Of a DNA stretch of 64,000 nucleotides, positions 51,067 to 64,000 are shown in pieces. The DNA comes from Raillietiella orientalis (taxonomy: Eukaryota): the NCBI GenBank assembly GCA_036172245.1, contig JAYWIR010000013.1, positions 3,224,001-3,288,000 of the forward strand, read 5' to 3'. The position numbers were made by a program, and so were the translations under genes. How positions within the stretch are numbered: the stretch's first letter is position 1; each line of letters begins with the position of its first letter. Under the pieces are notes generated by a model. It was not told where the DNA came from. It searched no databases and saw only the letters and a list, made by a program, of their open reading frames with translations.

Positions 51067-52767
51067 TTAAGACTGATGAAATTGTTTGTTGGAATGATTT
51101 GAAAGACAGATTTTTCTTGATTTGAAGTGCCAAGCAATGAAAGTACCCAGCACGGATGACAAGGCAGAAATGGCAGTTGGATACTGTGGATTGAATTCAA
51201 ACGCAAATGCAGTTACAAAAGGTGAAACCGCTCTTGCACAGGCAGAAACAGTAGCCCCCAACCCTACTGCACAACCAAGTTTTTCAAGTGGCACCAATGA
51301 AGTGATTGCATGTAAGCTAGCCACTCTAATTATAGCAGCACTGGCAGATAAAGGTATAAGTACAAGACATAACCACTTAACAGATGAAATCAACCATATG
51401 CAACAAATGGAAACACTAAACAAGACAGAAGTATAAAACAGTTCCACAAACACATTAGTATGCAATTTATGAATGTATCCTGCAAAACTGCTAGTTACTG
51501 TTGCTATTATGCCTTGATATGAGATTATTAAACCAATAACAAAGGGAGAAACAGAATACACTTCTTGAAGCAAAAACAACATACTTAATCTAAATGTAGA
51601 ATTAGCAAGAGTGAGAAAGAAACGCATGAAAATTTGGATCTCATAAAACTCCCAAGATTGCCAAGAAGCAAAAAAATTATAAGGTGTTTCCAGGATGAGA
51701 ACATCTGATATGTTAGGATCTGCCTCATGAAGGCAGAATGCAACCAGAACTGAAAGAAAAATTGCAAACAACACGCAGAACACCACATTGTTATTCATCT
51801 TACATCTAAACATTAATAGGGGCTACATTTAACCTGTAATTTTTACCGAAACAAGTAAAAGATTATGCAATAAAAAGCCATTCCTTTGTATTACAACAAG
51901 TAAAGAATAATTCGAAATTTCAAATTCTCGATATAAACTAATGGATTTAGTATTTCAAAAAAAATCCTCAGCTGATACTCACAGAATTGCATAAAGAACA
52001 GAAATGAAGCGATTAAGGCAGTTATTATGAAGCCATTTTCAAATGATGACTGTAAGTAGCCCCCAACTATTGGACCAATAATGAATCCTAAATTTGATAT
52101 GCTATTAAACATTCCAAATGCTGATGCTTTTTCACCAACAGACACAGTATCCGCCAAATATACTCTGCATACCATCTGGCTATGCTTTCCTATTCCTATT
52201 TAAACAAATTTAAAGAAATCAAAATTTGAAATAGCAAAATTATAGGATGCATTTTTTCTAAAGACAGCAAGAACTCACCACCTATAATTCTAGATAAAAA
52301 CAAAATGCCAAGATTCCCAAAACACAACAGGAAATAGCTAAAAGAAGTTGCTCCAAGACATCTTATTAAGATGAATCTTCTTCCATACAAATCTGCTAAT
52401 CTACCCTAAAAGTAAAGAATTCACACAAAAAATGCAAAAACATTGGGTACTTGTAATTAGACACAAGCAGTGAAAACTAGATTACTATCATGGGGCTCGA
52501 AATTGTTTGCAAAAATCCATAAATGCTTCCTAATGCGCCAATAATAAGAGGAGTTCCATGTAATGATTTAATGTGGGCAAAAAATCCTGGTGTCAACATG
52601 CCAACACTATACAAATCCTAAAATAGAAAATTTTATATTTGGACTGTGAAATTTTGATATGGCCAAGCTTTTCGAAAAGCACATCATTTTCAAAGATCAA
52701 AATTCGAAATTTCTTCCGAACTAACCAGGAATCCAAGAAGGTTTAGCAGAAGCTGAGAATGCTTCAT
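51067..52767 (-). CDS. MFSD9: Major facilitator superfamily transporter, MFSD9-like; 5 exons, 398 aa
   Basis: Exons 52767-52726, 52617-52486, 52405-52279, 52195-51983, 51749-51067, phase-compatible. GFLDLYSVGM, GSIYGFLQ, motif A GRLADLYGRR, GFIIGPIVGGYL. Confidence 0.9.
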
Positions 52768-52989
52768 CCAGAACAGCGTTTTTATAGAAAAAATCCTTCA
52801 GAAAAGCGCAGCCACTGAACCAAACTGGAATAACATCTCTCAATACTGTAATTTCCGAATCACAGATTCAACCAGAAAGACTTCAGTTCTCGCCAGCGTG
52901 GTGATGAATGAATCTGATTTTCACCTACATTCATGAAACAACCGGCATGCCTAACAATGTCTTCCTAAACGATTCTTGAATTAATGGAA

Positions 52990-55900
52990 TACGGGAATAT
53001 TTTCGTTTATTGTCATTTGAATGTATACTTGTTGCATTTACACAGACATATAGCAGCAGGCAATTTCAACATGGACAATGCACAATTGGCAAATCGGCAT
53101 TCATCTTTGAAAATTAATACAGGGCTACTGACTGCTTTAGCTGGCAGCCATTTTGGACCAATCTATGATATAATTCAACACCAAACGCTCAGTAACCGGC
53201 TCAATTATGTATGTCGTTCTCTGTTTCAACTTATCTATCGTTTCACCTGGTATAATTATTCAGACCCTCGTTGAATAATCAGCATCAATAATTTAGCATC
53301 TATGGATATTTGATACTCTTGTTCAGCATTCAATCCGTTCCTATGCTTAAATACAAACTTCCAACTTCTACAATGGCAGCTTGTGTTTCCAAACTGCAAT
53401 TTGAAAATCTCAAAATTATTTTATTTCAGTTTGCACATCTATATCACCTTATCGAACAAACCATTTATCATCTAGGAATCGTCAAATACATCGAAAGACT
53501 AAGTTTTGATTTGCCCTTTTGTTTACTTGCGTAAGGTGAATAATTTGGTTCATCTGTGAGAATCCTCACAAATACAAAGTCTGGTGCTATGCTCTCTATG
53601 GTGCCCTTTAGAAATTTCAGAAAAAGTAAACAAAGTATACTTTTATTTTAAGTAAAACTGTGCCGACAACATTTCTATAGACTGTTGTGGTATTGACTCT
53701 GATAGGAATGTAAAACGATTTTAATTGACCTTTTAAGTTTTGTTGATTATTTCGTAGCAAATGGTTTGCATTTAGATGATCAACAAATGTTGGTGTATAA
53801 ATTATACAATTTTCGTCTGCGTAATGTCTTTCATGAGAATTACACGATGTAAGCATAGCGGGAGTTAATGACAGTAATATGGTGGTAGGCTGTGTGATAC
53901 AGACAGACAATTTTCTCCAATATTCGAAATATCAAGAATGTGATATTCGAGTATTACAATACTTGGAACATTACTGTCCAAACCTCAGGAGTGAGTTTGC
54001 TGATGCACACCGACTTTCTGTAGTGAAATCCATCAAGATTTGTTTTACGTAGATCTTATAGGAAAGTGACGGATGCAATAAGGTGCCAATTTTTCCAACA
54101 GATTTTTCGATCACTATTGGCGGCGACTGTTTCGATCCTTTTTGCGAATTCATCTCGGTATATGCAATAAATTCTTAAGTCTAAAATGTCCGTTGAATGC
54201 ACCAGAGCGATCGAGATGTTTTGGAATTCAACCTCACGCACTTTTGATTTTCATCTGCAAGTATCGCCTACCAAGTATCATTTTCCAAACGATCAGTTTC
54301 ACGAAGACAACGTTAATTATTTAACGAAGTAGATTCATTCCATCCTTAACCCAAGCAAGTGTCCAGTTCATGGCTATTGTCCCTTGTGAATTGTCTTCAG
54401 CACACTGACAGCCTACATTGCCTTTGGATGAAATGGTTATCCTTTGGTTCATTTTTGATATATTGGCAGTAATTTGATCCCTTAGCTGAAGTATTGCTAC
54501 GCAAAGTTCTCTAAGACTTCAGTTCTCGATTTGCAGAACACGAATTGAAGCAACGATAGAGTTGGGTCTTAACGTCTACAGCCCCCGACTCCCTCAATGC
54601 CTCAGTCCAGTTTCGAACAAGTCTTATATGAAGTTCCTTATTAGGCCAACATTTCACTTTCTTTAATCTGCCAAAATGACTTGCTCACTTCGAGACATTA
54701 CCAGTGTTTCTTTTCGTGTTCTTTTCTGTTCTCTTCTAACCTCATATTTGTGTGCAAACCCATCTAGACATCGACGGAACTGTTTTGCTAATTTGTAGTC
54801 GGATCAATCACTCTGTTGCTTCGATAACCACTTTGACGTTGCTACGTTAGCACATTCCTCTTGGACTTTTGCAGGCAACGCCGATCCCCCTTTCTCCCAT
54901 TTGCACCCTTAACGGCCCTTTTCCCCTCCTTCGTATTCTGCCAAGCACGCAAGATCACATGCGTTTTCTTCGTTCAATTTTCAACGTTTCCTGAATTACA
55001 TCTTTCATATCCTTTCCTGTTACCAGCGACTTCAGCCACGTTTGCCAAAATATCTTTGCCCTCTTCGAATGCCTTTACCGAAAGTGCTGTAACGTCGCGT
55101 TTTCCATTCGACCGAGAAAAGAGACCATCCGTCCAACGGCACCAAAACATACATGAAAAAGAAATTAAGTTCAGCAAAAAATCCGGAATGGTTGGCAGGG
55201 ACACTTGGTACTTTTTAGATTCCTCATGATGGCTTATACGAAATGCATTAATTATGAGCCACTTTGTATCAGTTTTCTGAAAAATCACCACGGTGGACAT
55301 TAGAATCGAATCTGTGTGTAGTGAATGTACAATCTCAGTGTCTTTATGTTGCCGACAAGTTTGTAACTGCGTTTTTGTGAAACATCACTGTAATTGCAAA
55401 AATTACCTTGATGGCATATGACGGCATCTACTGGTTCATTTGGGAATTTTGTCTCGAATTTAGCCAGGAAGGTCCCCAAAAGTTTTTCCTCTACAACAAC
55501 CAATAAACACCTCGTCATCGCCATTCATACCATCGTATCATTACAAATTTTTATTTCGACTACCCATCTCGATACATTCAACAACATTCTATAAAGGCAA
55601 CACTTTAAAATTTTTGATTCCGGCAAAGGTGACTACATTGAACACATGGAAGGATTTCATTTGATTTTAACTTAACCTCTAGGTCACCAAATAATCGTTT
55701 GCCAAAACGTACCAAGTTTCAGGCTCAAACATGAGTACACTTTGCAAATGCTTGTGTTTGGCCAATGGCTTTTGCAAAGCTGGATTCAAACTTCACAGTT
55801 TTCCCTGCTCCAAATCCATGCAGTCCCAGAAATAAAACAGTTTCCTTTGATTGAATACTTACACAACAGTTCATTATATTATGCATGATATCTGGGAAAA

Positions 55901-56620
55901 CAATAGGGCAAGGGCACCTCCAGTCTTCCAACATTGCTTAGCTAGGGCATTAGAATTATGCCTAAAAAACTGTATTCGAACAGAATTTCTAAAATTAAAA
56001 TGTCAAACAGAGGAAGAGGGCTGTGATTCAGGTTACTGAGCTAAGAATAGAGATTACACCAATATTTCATAGGAACTACGGTTACACAACAAAGTGAAAC
56101 TCAGAAAATGGTTGCAGCTTCGTCAGGTTCACTGCTTGCAATATTAAAGCAGTTGAATTTTCACTTTCGTATTTACATGTCACAAAGATTTGTTTTCCTA
56201 TCACGCTCTGGAAATCCGGTGTCTGTACTTGTATTTTTGGGGATCCTAGTTTCAATATTTCGGCAGAGTAGCCATTACTTAACATCATTAATGCAATCAC
56301 TAAATTCCATGATGGATTTGCTCTCAAAAAATGATGCCTGTCGCCATACAGTTGAGCAATATGACTTGTAATCATGCAAACCACTAGATAACTTATACTG
56401 AGAACTTGAAAAACAAGACAGCCATTTATTTTTATGACTCTTCCTTTTACTTCTACATCTCAAATTATATTCAACTATTTCATTTTTTTTTTATTTTTAT
56501 TTTTTTCAGCTTACATATGACTACATCTACTGGTTCATTTGGAAATGTTGTCTTGAACTGGCCACTGGTCAGAAAGGTCCCCAAAAATTCTCCCTTCACA
56601 ACAATCAATAAACACCTACC
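52990..56620 (-). other. Probable multi-exon gene(s) of unknown product with a locally duplicated segment
   Basis: Exon-like minus ORFs (53617-53910, 54974-55300, 55300-55524, 55725-55934, 56082-56384); 55415-55511 is repeated at 56514-56616. Confidence 0.35.
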
Positions 56621-57140
56621 ATATAATGTGTATTACATTTTAAATAACGTTTGTAAAAAAAATAGCAAAGCCATAAACATCAGATCAAAACAACTGAACA
56701 AAACACTTTTCAACTGTTCTGACCATTCATTCAAAAAAACTTTGCTCTATGCTATTAACAGAATGATTTTATGAAACTGATCTCTCCACTTTTCTGTTTG
56801 TTGTTGAAATTCTTTAACAATTATAGTTTGCATCAAATGGAGAACCTATCTAACTAAATTGAAATGAATTCAACATATCCTAGATTTTATTAAAATCACA
56901 GGTCGGCAATAGGTTAACAAAAAAGAATTACTAGTCAAGAGCAGTAATAGTCATGTATTGTAAAATCAAATATAAAATGAGCATTAGTATGCAAAGCACA
57001 CATGCAAAACTTTTAAAACATGCACTGCAGGTAGAAAAACTTTTATACCTTGTACAATTTTCTTGGTTATTTCTTATGAATCTGAATTGTTTTCATATGA
57101 CTCCAGCCTTGAGAATCCTCAAATTCTCTGCATATTTATT

Positions 57141-58221
57141 TTAAGTGAATATGATTAAAGTAATTATTATCGCTAATAGAAGAACAGCAACAATAATGCA
57201 TATCACTTTTAGTTTCCTCCTCCTGTTTTTTGTTTCCTTTGTTTTATGAAGAGTTTCAGCACCATCATTAACCTGTTCTTCAATTTTGTTAACTCTCCAA
57301 TCAATTATATCTATCTTTTCTTCCTGCTGACCAACCATGAAAGCAACCTCAGTAAATAACTGATTCAATTCTACAATGGAGTTTTCAAGTGCATGAAATG
57401 TCTCCAATGTCTGCTCTGCTTCCAATAACTTTCTTCTTTCTTCTGCATGCTTGACTGTATAATCTTTAAAAATATTAAACAATAAACTTTGTAAATTATA
57501 AGTTTCCGAGAATCAATTCAGTTTACAAATGAACAGAATCATCACTCCTATATGTAGCGTTTTATATGCAATGACATGGTAAAACTTACTATCTGTGAAT
57601 ACGGAAAGCTCCTCATTATCCAGCATAGATTTCAAATCTTCATCAGCACACTCATATCCACAAATTCTCATCTCTGATTTTAATAAGGCTTTCATTCTGA
57701 AAAGATGTTTAAGATCGGTTCCTCTCCTATTTCCCCCAGTGTCTGCATAACCTAACATACTTTTCTCTCTGAATATCTGTAAACTGCTGGTACTCTATGA
57801 TAATGCTACTGTACTTCTTACTTAAAGCATTGTAGAGATTTTTTTGTGTGACTTGATATGCAGTGCTTTGATTAGAATTCCCTTTCATAATTCCTCTGAG
57901 CACTTCCAAATCTTTTAGGTCCACTTGTATGGAAGCAGCAAGTTTTCCGAAGTTTTCAAGCTCACCCTTTTCAACATAATTGGTTGAAAATATCATTTTG
58001 ATGTTTTCCAGTAGATGTTCCAAATCATCTATCTTTTTCCGTACGCTACACTCCTTTGTCAAAAATTCATCAGAATCAGAATTACTTGTTTCAGCATTTG
58101 AGCGCTTTGATATTTTGAACTTGATTAATGGTACACGAGGGTACTTCGAACTGTTCTTTTGCACATCCAAATTATTCACTGCTACTTTACTTCTCAGTTC
58201 TTCCAAGCGATCTTTTACCAT
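57141..58221 (-). CDS. Syntaxin-1/2/3/4-like Qa-SNARE; 3 exons, 296 aa
   Basis: Exons 58221-57761, 57696-57590, 57463-57141. MVKDRLEEL N-peptide, helical Habc region, SNARE motif LENSIVELNQLFTEVAFMVGQQEEKID, basic RRRK plus C-terminal TM helix. Confidence 0.92.
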
Positions 58222-61200
58222 GTTTTTTATGAATATTATTTTAAGGCACACTACTTGCTAATTTACTTAAGATAATCTCCTAATATTTTTTTTGCAAACA
58301 CTCCCAATATCTACAACACTTGAGACGGTCATTCTTTCATACCACAGCCTTAGTCACAGACAGATAAGCCATCGCAGCGAAAAACGGGGGTGCCTTGGTC
58401 TATCGAAGTCGAGAAAACTTAAAAACACAAATTGTATTCAGATAATTGGATGAAATAATAGTATAGGCCCAAAAGTTATCACAATTACGATCGAATTTTA
58501 TATTCAGCAAAAGAAATCACTACTTGTATTGTTCCCATCTCAATAGTCAAAATATCAACAGTATTTAATAATCGGCAAATGCTATTTTACTTATTTCTGT
58601 TAGCATAGAGGTAAGTAAAACCGAAACACTCGTGTGCCTGTGATGAATATTCGAGCAACTTGCATGATCTTGAGTTGAGATCATGCGGGTGAAGATCAAG
58701 AATGAGATCAAGTTTCTGTGTTTTAGAATACATCCCACAAGCCCATAATTTCTTAATGCCAATCTTGATCATTTTTTTTTTTTTATTTCAAGCTCTCATG
58801 TATCACGAAGCATATCACTTATTCGAATCAACTGAGTATTTTTTTTATTTTAGTTCATTTTCTTTATATAACTCATCATTAACTTTTAACGAGAAACTTT
58901 CCGTTTCACACTGTGGAGGTGAATGAAAAACATAAATACAATATATACTAGATGTCTACAAAATCTGCCCTCAGACTAGTACAATGTAGTCGCAATTCTT
59001 TGATCAGAGTTCCTCGTTATATCCACACTCACTTCAGCGGACCAGAAATTTCTCGCTCTCCAAACAGCCAAGAAACTATTTATTTGATACCCGTTGATCT
59101 GAATATAGTGGCGGAACACAAAAGACTAATTGAGAATTATTTTTTCCTGAACTGAAAGAGACATTTCTTCTAGTGTCCATAAGAAGAAATTCTCTTTCAA
59201 TGTTCCAAGGACAAACCATCTAAGGAAACAGCTTCTTCAGTACTAAACTTAGTATAATACGAAATCTTCTTTCAGGATTTAACTTGTTAGCAATGTTGTA
59301 GCTGTTCAAAATATTTCAATAAAGTAGCAGAGAGACCATTTAGATAAAACACTTGGAACCTCTAGAAGATACATACCATCACTATTTACATTTATGAAAT
59401 CCATAGATTCATTTGATTTGCCCGGCAGACGCACGAAAATTTTCTCATTCGTGTTCGTGAAACTCCTCTGAGAAAGTAAACTCAAGTCATGATGGACGAA
59501 TCAGGGCTTTTAACAAACAGAAAACCGATGTGATCGGATATTTGGAAAGACAATATCAGCTGAATCTTGTAATTTCTGTCTTATATTCAAGACCTAATTT
59601 GCCACAAACGCTTCCATGGACCGGTGCGTTCATGTTTCAGACTCGATCTCCTGAGATGTGACAGTACCTGGATTTCCTTTCGCAGTGTTCTTGAAATACG
59701 TGGCAGAGTTTAAAACATTGGCAAAAGGGAACATCCGATTATGCTTATATGGAATTCAATTCTTGCAAGCTGACACATCCACTCGAGAACTAATTTGTTC
59801 CTCTTCAATGACTTATTCTGAAGAGTGTTGTCGAACTGGCATTCGGTGACAGCTTTTTTGTGATTAGCCATAACCATATCCATCTTGTTGCCAAATTCTT
59901 GAAATGAAACTATCATCAAAACAAGAGGCGCCGTGCTGCGTATCTGCATCCCCCAACGCTTTATATGGCAGTCGACTGATCAATTCGATTTTAGCAGTTC
60001 GGCAACGTGGTCGTTTTCCTCAACCGCCAAAAAACCATGTGGCAAGGTCTCTGTGCATGATGTTTGGTGAGATATTTGGAAGCTAACCTGCAAAAGAAGA
60101 AAGCAAGTACTTTGGATCACGACGCAGCTAGAATGGGAAACATTGATCGGCTAGTGTGCAAGATTGCTAAGGAACCAGCATATCGGAAGGGAAAAGCCCA
60201 GGCTTAATGCTTGATTTCATCGTGAGGCACGTAACCAACGCACGCAAACTCGTGGCAAATGTCGAGGATGTTTGCAGGCGATCAAAAGTACCTCGCGCAG
60301 TAATGCTGCACACATTAAAAGAGGTACTGAAATGAACCTTTTTTTTTCTGGACACCGAAGCTAGAGTGTGAGAGTGAAAGATTAGTTGGTGAGAGCAATG
60401 ATAAGGCATGCCGGCAACCAGGTGGAATAGTAACTATGGTTCATAATGAGGCAATTGCCCCTTGATGTTTGGGGGAGCTTGTAATGGAGGATTATTTGCA
60501 CATTTGAGAGAACAGAATTTGACACCATTGCGATTCCAGGAGTTCCTTCCAGCTGGTCCTCTTCAGGAGCCGGGTTTCTAATTTCCAATGCAATCCCCGA
60601 TGTACTACGATCGATTACATACCAGAGATGCCCGCGATCAATGGATAACCCTATGATCAGAGTTACAGCGTTAATGTAGGCGCATCGGTCCGCCCTGTGG
60701 ATACCGCTATGAACTAACCGGATTGTAAGCTGCAAGAAGTGGTTCGTAAGACATCCTGCATAAACACAGAAATATGTATTCTTTAAATATGAAGAGGATG
60801 GACCACTTAAAAGCACAGAATTCAGTGACCCAAGGGTGTTTGAAGAAAGCTTCTGAGGAATTGCAGCATCCACTGTGTCGGGGCGAGGGTCGGTTAACCA
60901 AGGGAGTGGCTCCATTTTTTCAGGGGGCACTCAAAAAACAATAATCCTGCGGGGACTCGTGGTCCCTCGGACGAGGTCGGAGCGAAGCAGAACGTGGAAA
61001 GGTGTGATTCAACATGAGCCGGGGGATCTATTGGACACTCCCTTCCCGTGCGAAAGTTCCGTCAGCGTGTCTGTCGCAATAGGCAGTGAAGAATCGGGAG
61101 GCATGATGGATGAGCAGCCCCAAGCGTTCCTATGATACGTACCTCAGGCTTTTGGGTAAGGCGCGAAGGTTCCGCGCACAGTGTAGCCTCTCCGCTGGAT

Positions 61201-61989
61201 CCCGAGGTCGCTTCTGGATCTGCTCTCGTCCTTCCCTTCTCAGAGGGCGAAGGAAAAGGGGACAAGGAAACCCGATACTCTTGAAAGGTAGCCTGGATGA
61301 AATTTGCATGCGATGATCCGAGCTGCCGATAAAGCAGCGACGACATGGACACCCCCCTTCCCCCCCCCTCCGACGCTCCTTATTATCTTCCCTTCCAGTA
61401 GCATTAGCCCGCGGCAACACAGTTGTAACTGATCAAAGGGTTGGGGTCCTTCGAGGGTCCTTATCTCGGTCCGAGAGCTGCGCAGCAGGCCCCCTGCCTC
61501 TGGGCGAGATGGTCGGCTCATCGACCACGAGCCTTTTTGTTCTCCAGGAGCCTATGAGGAAGCGAGGTGGGGGGGCGCCGCTGAACCTCTCCCAGTGCTG
61601 CTGCCACCTCCCGCCATCCACGAGGTTCACCTTAAGCTTCCCGTATCCTCCCTCCTTGAGACGCCGTCGCGCAACAGCGAAGCGGGCCGGAGGGCGGTTC
61701 TACGGCAGCGGAGCGCACCAGCTGGGGGAAATGGCGGAATCTCCGCAGACGAGGAGGAACGCACATGCTGCGGAACGGACGGCGGTGGGCGTCACGGAGA
61801 TCTCCCCCCCCCCCCCCCCTCTTTCACCGGCGGATTGCGCCCGCTTGCTCAGCTTCCCGGCCGTGACGCGGGGCGCCCGCCGTGCTGGAGAGAACCTCAT
61901 GGCTGTTTCCATCCCGAGGAGCGAGCTCCCTCGGGCGTGAATCGTGGCACGGATACCTCTCTTCAAGACGCGCGCGCGCCTACTTTCTT

Positions 61990-64000
61990 TTTCTTTTTTT
62001 CTTCCTTGCCGTGTCCATCCGAATACCCGGGGACGTCCGGTCCCCCTCGTTCGAATGGCCTTCGCGCTCCAGGAGAGATGAGGGATGTCGCCCCTCTCCT
62101 CAGAGCGCCTCTGCGGGGCCTCCGATGGCCTGCGCGCGCGCGCGGTCGTCAGCGCCCGCCCACCCTCGAGGAAATGTTCCCAGGGGGAGTCCATCTCCCG
62201 AGGAAAGATTTCCGGGATCCCGACCCCGGCTACCTCTGGCTCGGCCGGGAGTCCTGTTCGACGAGGATCCGGGAGGTCGAGCGGACACGTCTCTGGTGCT
62301 TCCTCCCGCCAGGGGCGCCGCTCGCTCGGGAGCGTTCCCCCTCCCCCCTCCTCCCATTCCTCCTTCCGCAGACCGAGGGGCGATCGCGCGCGCGCGATCA
62401 TCTCAGAGGCCCGGAATCGATGCCCAAAGTGGGTAGGGAAACCTCATATGCGCCCGCTCCCTCCCTCCCTCTCCTTCCCTCCCCTTCCCGCCTCCTCGAG
62501 GTGCGGGCGGAGTCCGTATCGATCCCGGGGGTCGCGCGCAGCGGGAGCCGCCGCTGCGGAGAGGCGCCCGCGGCGCAGGCGGGAGCCGCCGCGGCGTGGC
62601 GGACGCAGGACCATGATCTTCGCAGCCCTCGTGTGCCTTTCGCCCCACGTCCTCGGTGCAGCTTCCGGGATGGTCGTCGAAGGACGCATCAACTCTCGCC
62701 AGGTGAATCTGCGCCGCGCCTCCTACTCTGAAGGGGAAGCGGGGGAGGGAGAGGGAGAGGAGGAGGAAACGCGCAGCACCTTCCTTCCCTCCGGACGACT
62801 CCAGGGAGCCTCGCGCGGCCTTCCTTCCCGGGGGAGGCAGCAGGGGCGGAGAGACCGGCCCTGCCGCTTCCCCGCGGAAGCACTTTCTCCGCTTCCTGGA
62901 AGGAAACGGAAGGAGAGGCGGAAGGGGGCGAGACCCCCCTCGAAGGAGAGGAAGGAGAGAGCGCTTTCTGGAAGATGAAAAGCGCAGCTCCGGCCAGGAA
63001 AGCGGTTGCCCAGGCAACACACCGTCCTCGAGGGGGGAAGGAGGCTGGGGGGCAGGAGAGCCTGCGAGTGTCCCCAGGAACGGCGGAGGTCGGTGAGCCG
63101 ACGAAACTCTCCCGCGAGGGATGCCAGCACCACCACCCCACCTTTCTTTCCTCGACCTTCCCACGTTCCCCGCCGCTGGGAATTCCACCGGAGCTCCTCC
63201 AAGCATCTTCCCGGAAGCAGCTGCATGACCTGCGCAGTCGCGCTGCCGTCGTCGGTCGGGAAAACGTCTTGAAGTTTTCGGCTCCTGATGCCAGGCGCCC
63301 TCAAGGTTCAGAGTCATCGCGAGGAAGGGGGGGGAGCTGCTACATGTTTGCGAGCGGCGCTCCTGGTGGCGACGACAGGTGGCAGATCGTTCGCGGCCTG
63401 CTGCTCCCCTGGGAAAGGAGAGAGAGCGGCATCTCCTCTCAGCCCTCGAGGCTCCTGGCCCGCCTGCGAGTGGCGACCACCATCCTTGCTCCTCCTCTCC
63501 CCCCCCCCTTTGTCACGCGCACGAGCGGTCGTCCACTTCGTCGCTCTGGGCGTCCCTAGTGGTCATCCCACTCTGGCGAACGTACGGGCTGGAATGGGAG
63601 CCAGAAGCCTGACCACTAATAGCGAGCATGACCTGTCGGGAGAGTGGAGGACTCCGAAAAGGGGAGGGGTCCCCTGTGACCCTCCTCAGCGAACGCGACA
63701 GAACGCCCAGGAACTGCGGCCGCGATGCAGGGAGTGCGCCGGGATCTGCAGGCGAGCCGCCCCGAGAACGGGAAGGGGGGAAGGCAGCGCTGAGAAGTTC
63801 CAAGGGGTGCATGCAAACGGGTTCTCCTTTCCGGTCTCTCTGGAGCCGAGGTCTGCACCGTCCGAGAAGATCGTCTGGAAGCTCGAAGTCCGAGCTCGGC
63901 TGCGACACTTCCGGTAACCGGTAAACATCCGGGATCCCCTCCTTGCTTGCGTGATGGGCATGGAACCCAAGGGAGTTGGCAAGCGCGAGTCTCCAAGGAG
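61990..64000 (-). mobile_element. Decayed GC-rich non-LTR RT element (R1/Jockey-like), partial
   Basis: In order: GK..FSALPSPLPVLG, SQGS, VFPTDD..LEELRW, CP-containing C-terminus, A-rich tail near 62000. Confidence 0.5.

Noticed and set aside
55780..55830. LHGFGAG as an alpha/beta-hydrolase motif
   Set aside because: It lies between a GTAAGT donor and an AG, so it is probably intronic, and no other hydrolase motifs are nearby.
60382..60930. 182-aa minus ORF as an endogenous viral fragment
   Set aside because: No motif I can recognise; it needs a database search.
61595..62978. Long plus-strand Pro/Arg-rich ORFs
   Set aside because: Open frames expected in very GC-rich DNA antisense to a decayed RT element.

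Overview
Eukaryotic (invertebrate animal) nuclear DNA with many short GT-AG introns; not prokaryotic. Bases 1-17.2 kb are a dense stack of about ten pieces of one L1/Tx1-clade non-LTR retrotransposon family (RRM-like + CCHC ORF1; APE endonuclease-RT-zinc finger ORF2) in alternating orientation. The pieces are most intact at the left edge and more decayed rightwards. Two copies are inserted antisense at the same position of the family's own EN-RT linker, and at least one element has a 5'-inverted (twin-priming-like) structure. 17.5-20.1 kb holds an intact 7-exon pepsin-family gene lacking both catalytic DTG motifs. 21-50 kb is mostly decayed non-LTR relics with a mitochondrial nad2 NUMT, duplicated AT-rich islands, a 1.4-kb pyrimidine tract and a putative coiled-coil gene. 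50.6-59.5 kb is AT-rich and carries an MFSD9-like transporter and a plasma-membrane-type syntaxin. The window ends in another decayed RT element. All calls come from manual translation and motif recognition; no database searches were run.
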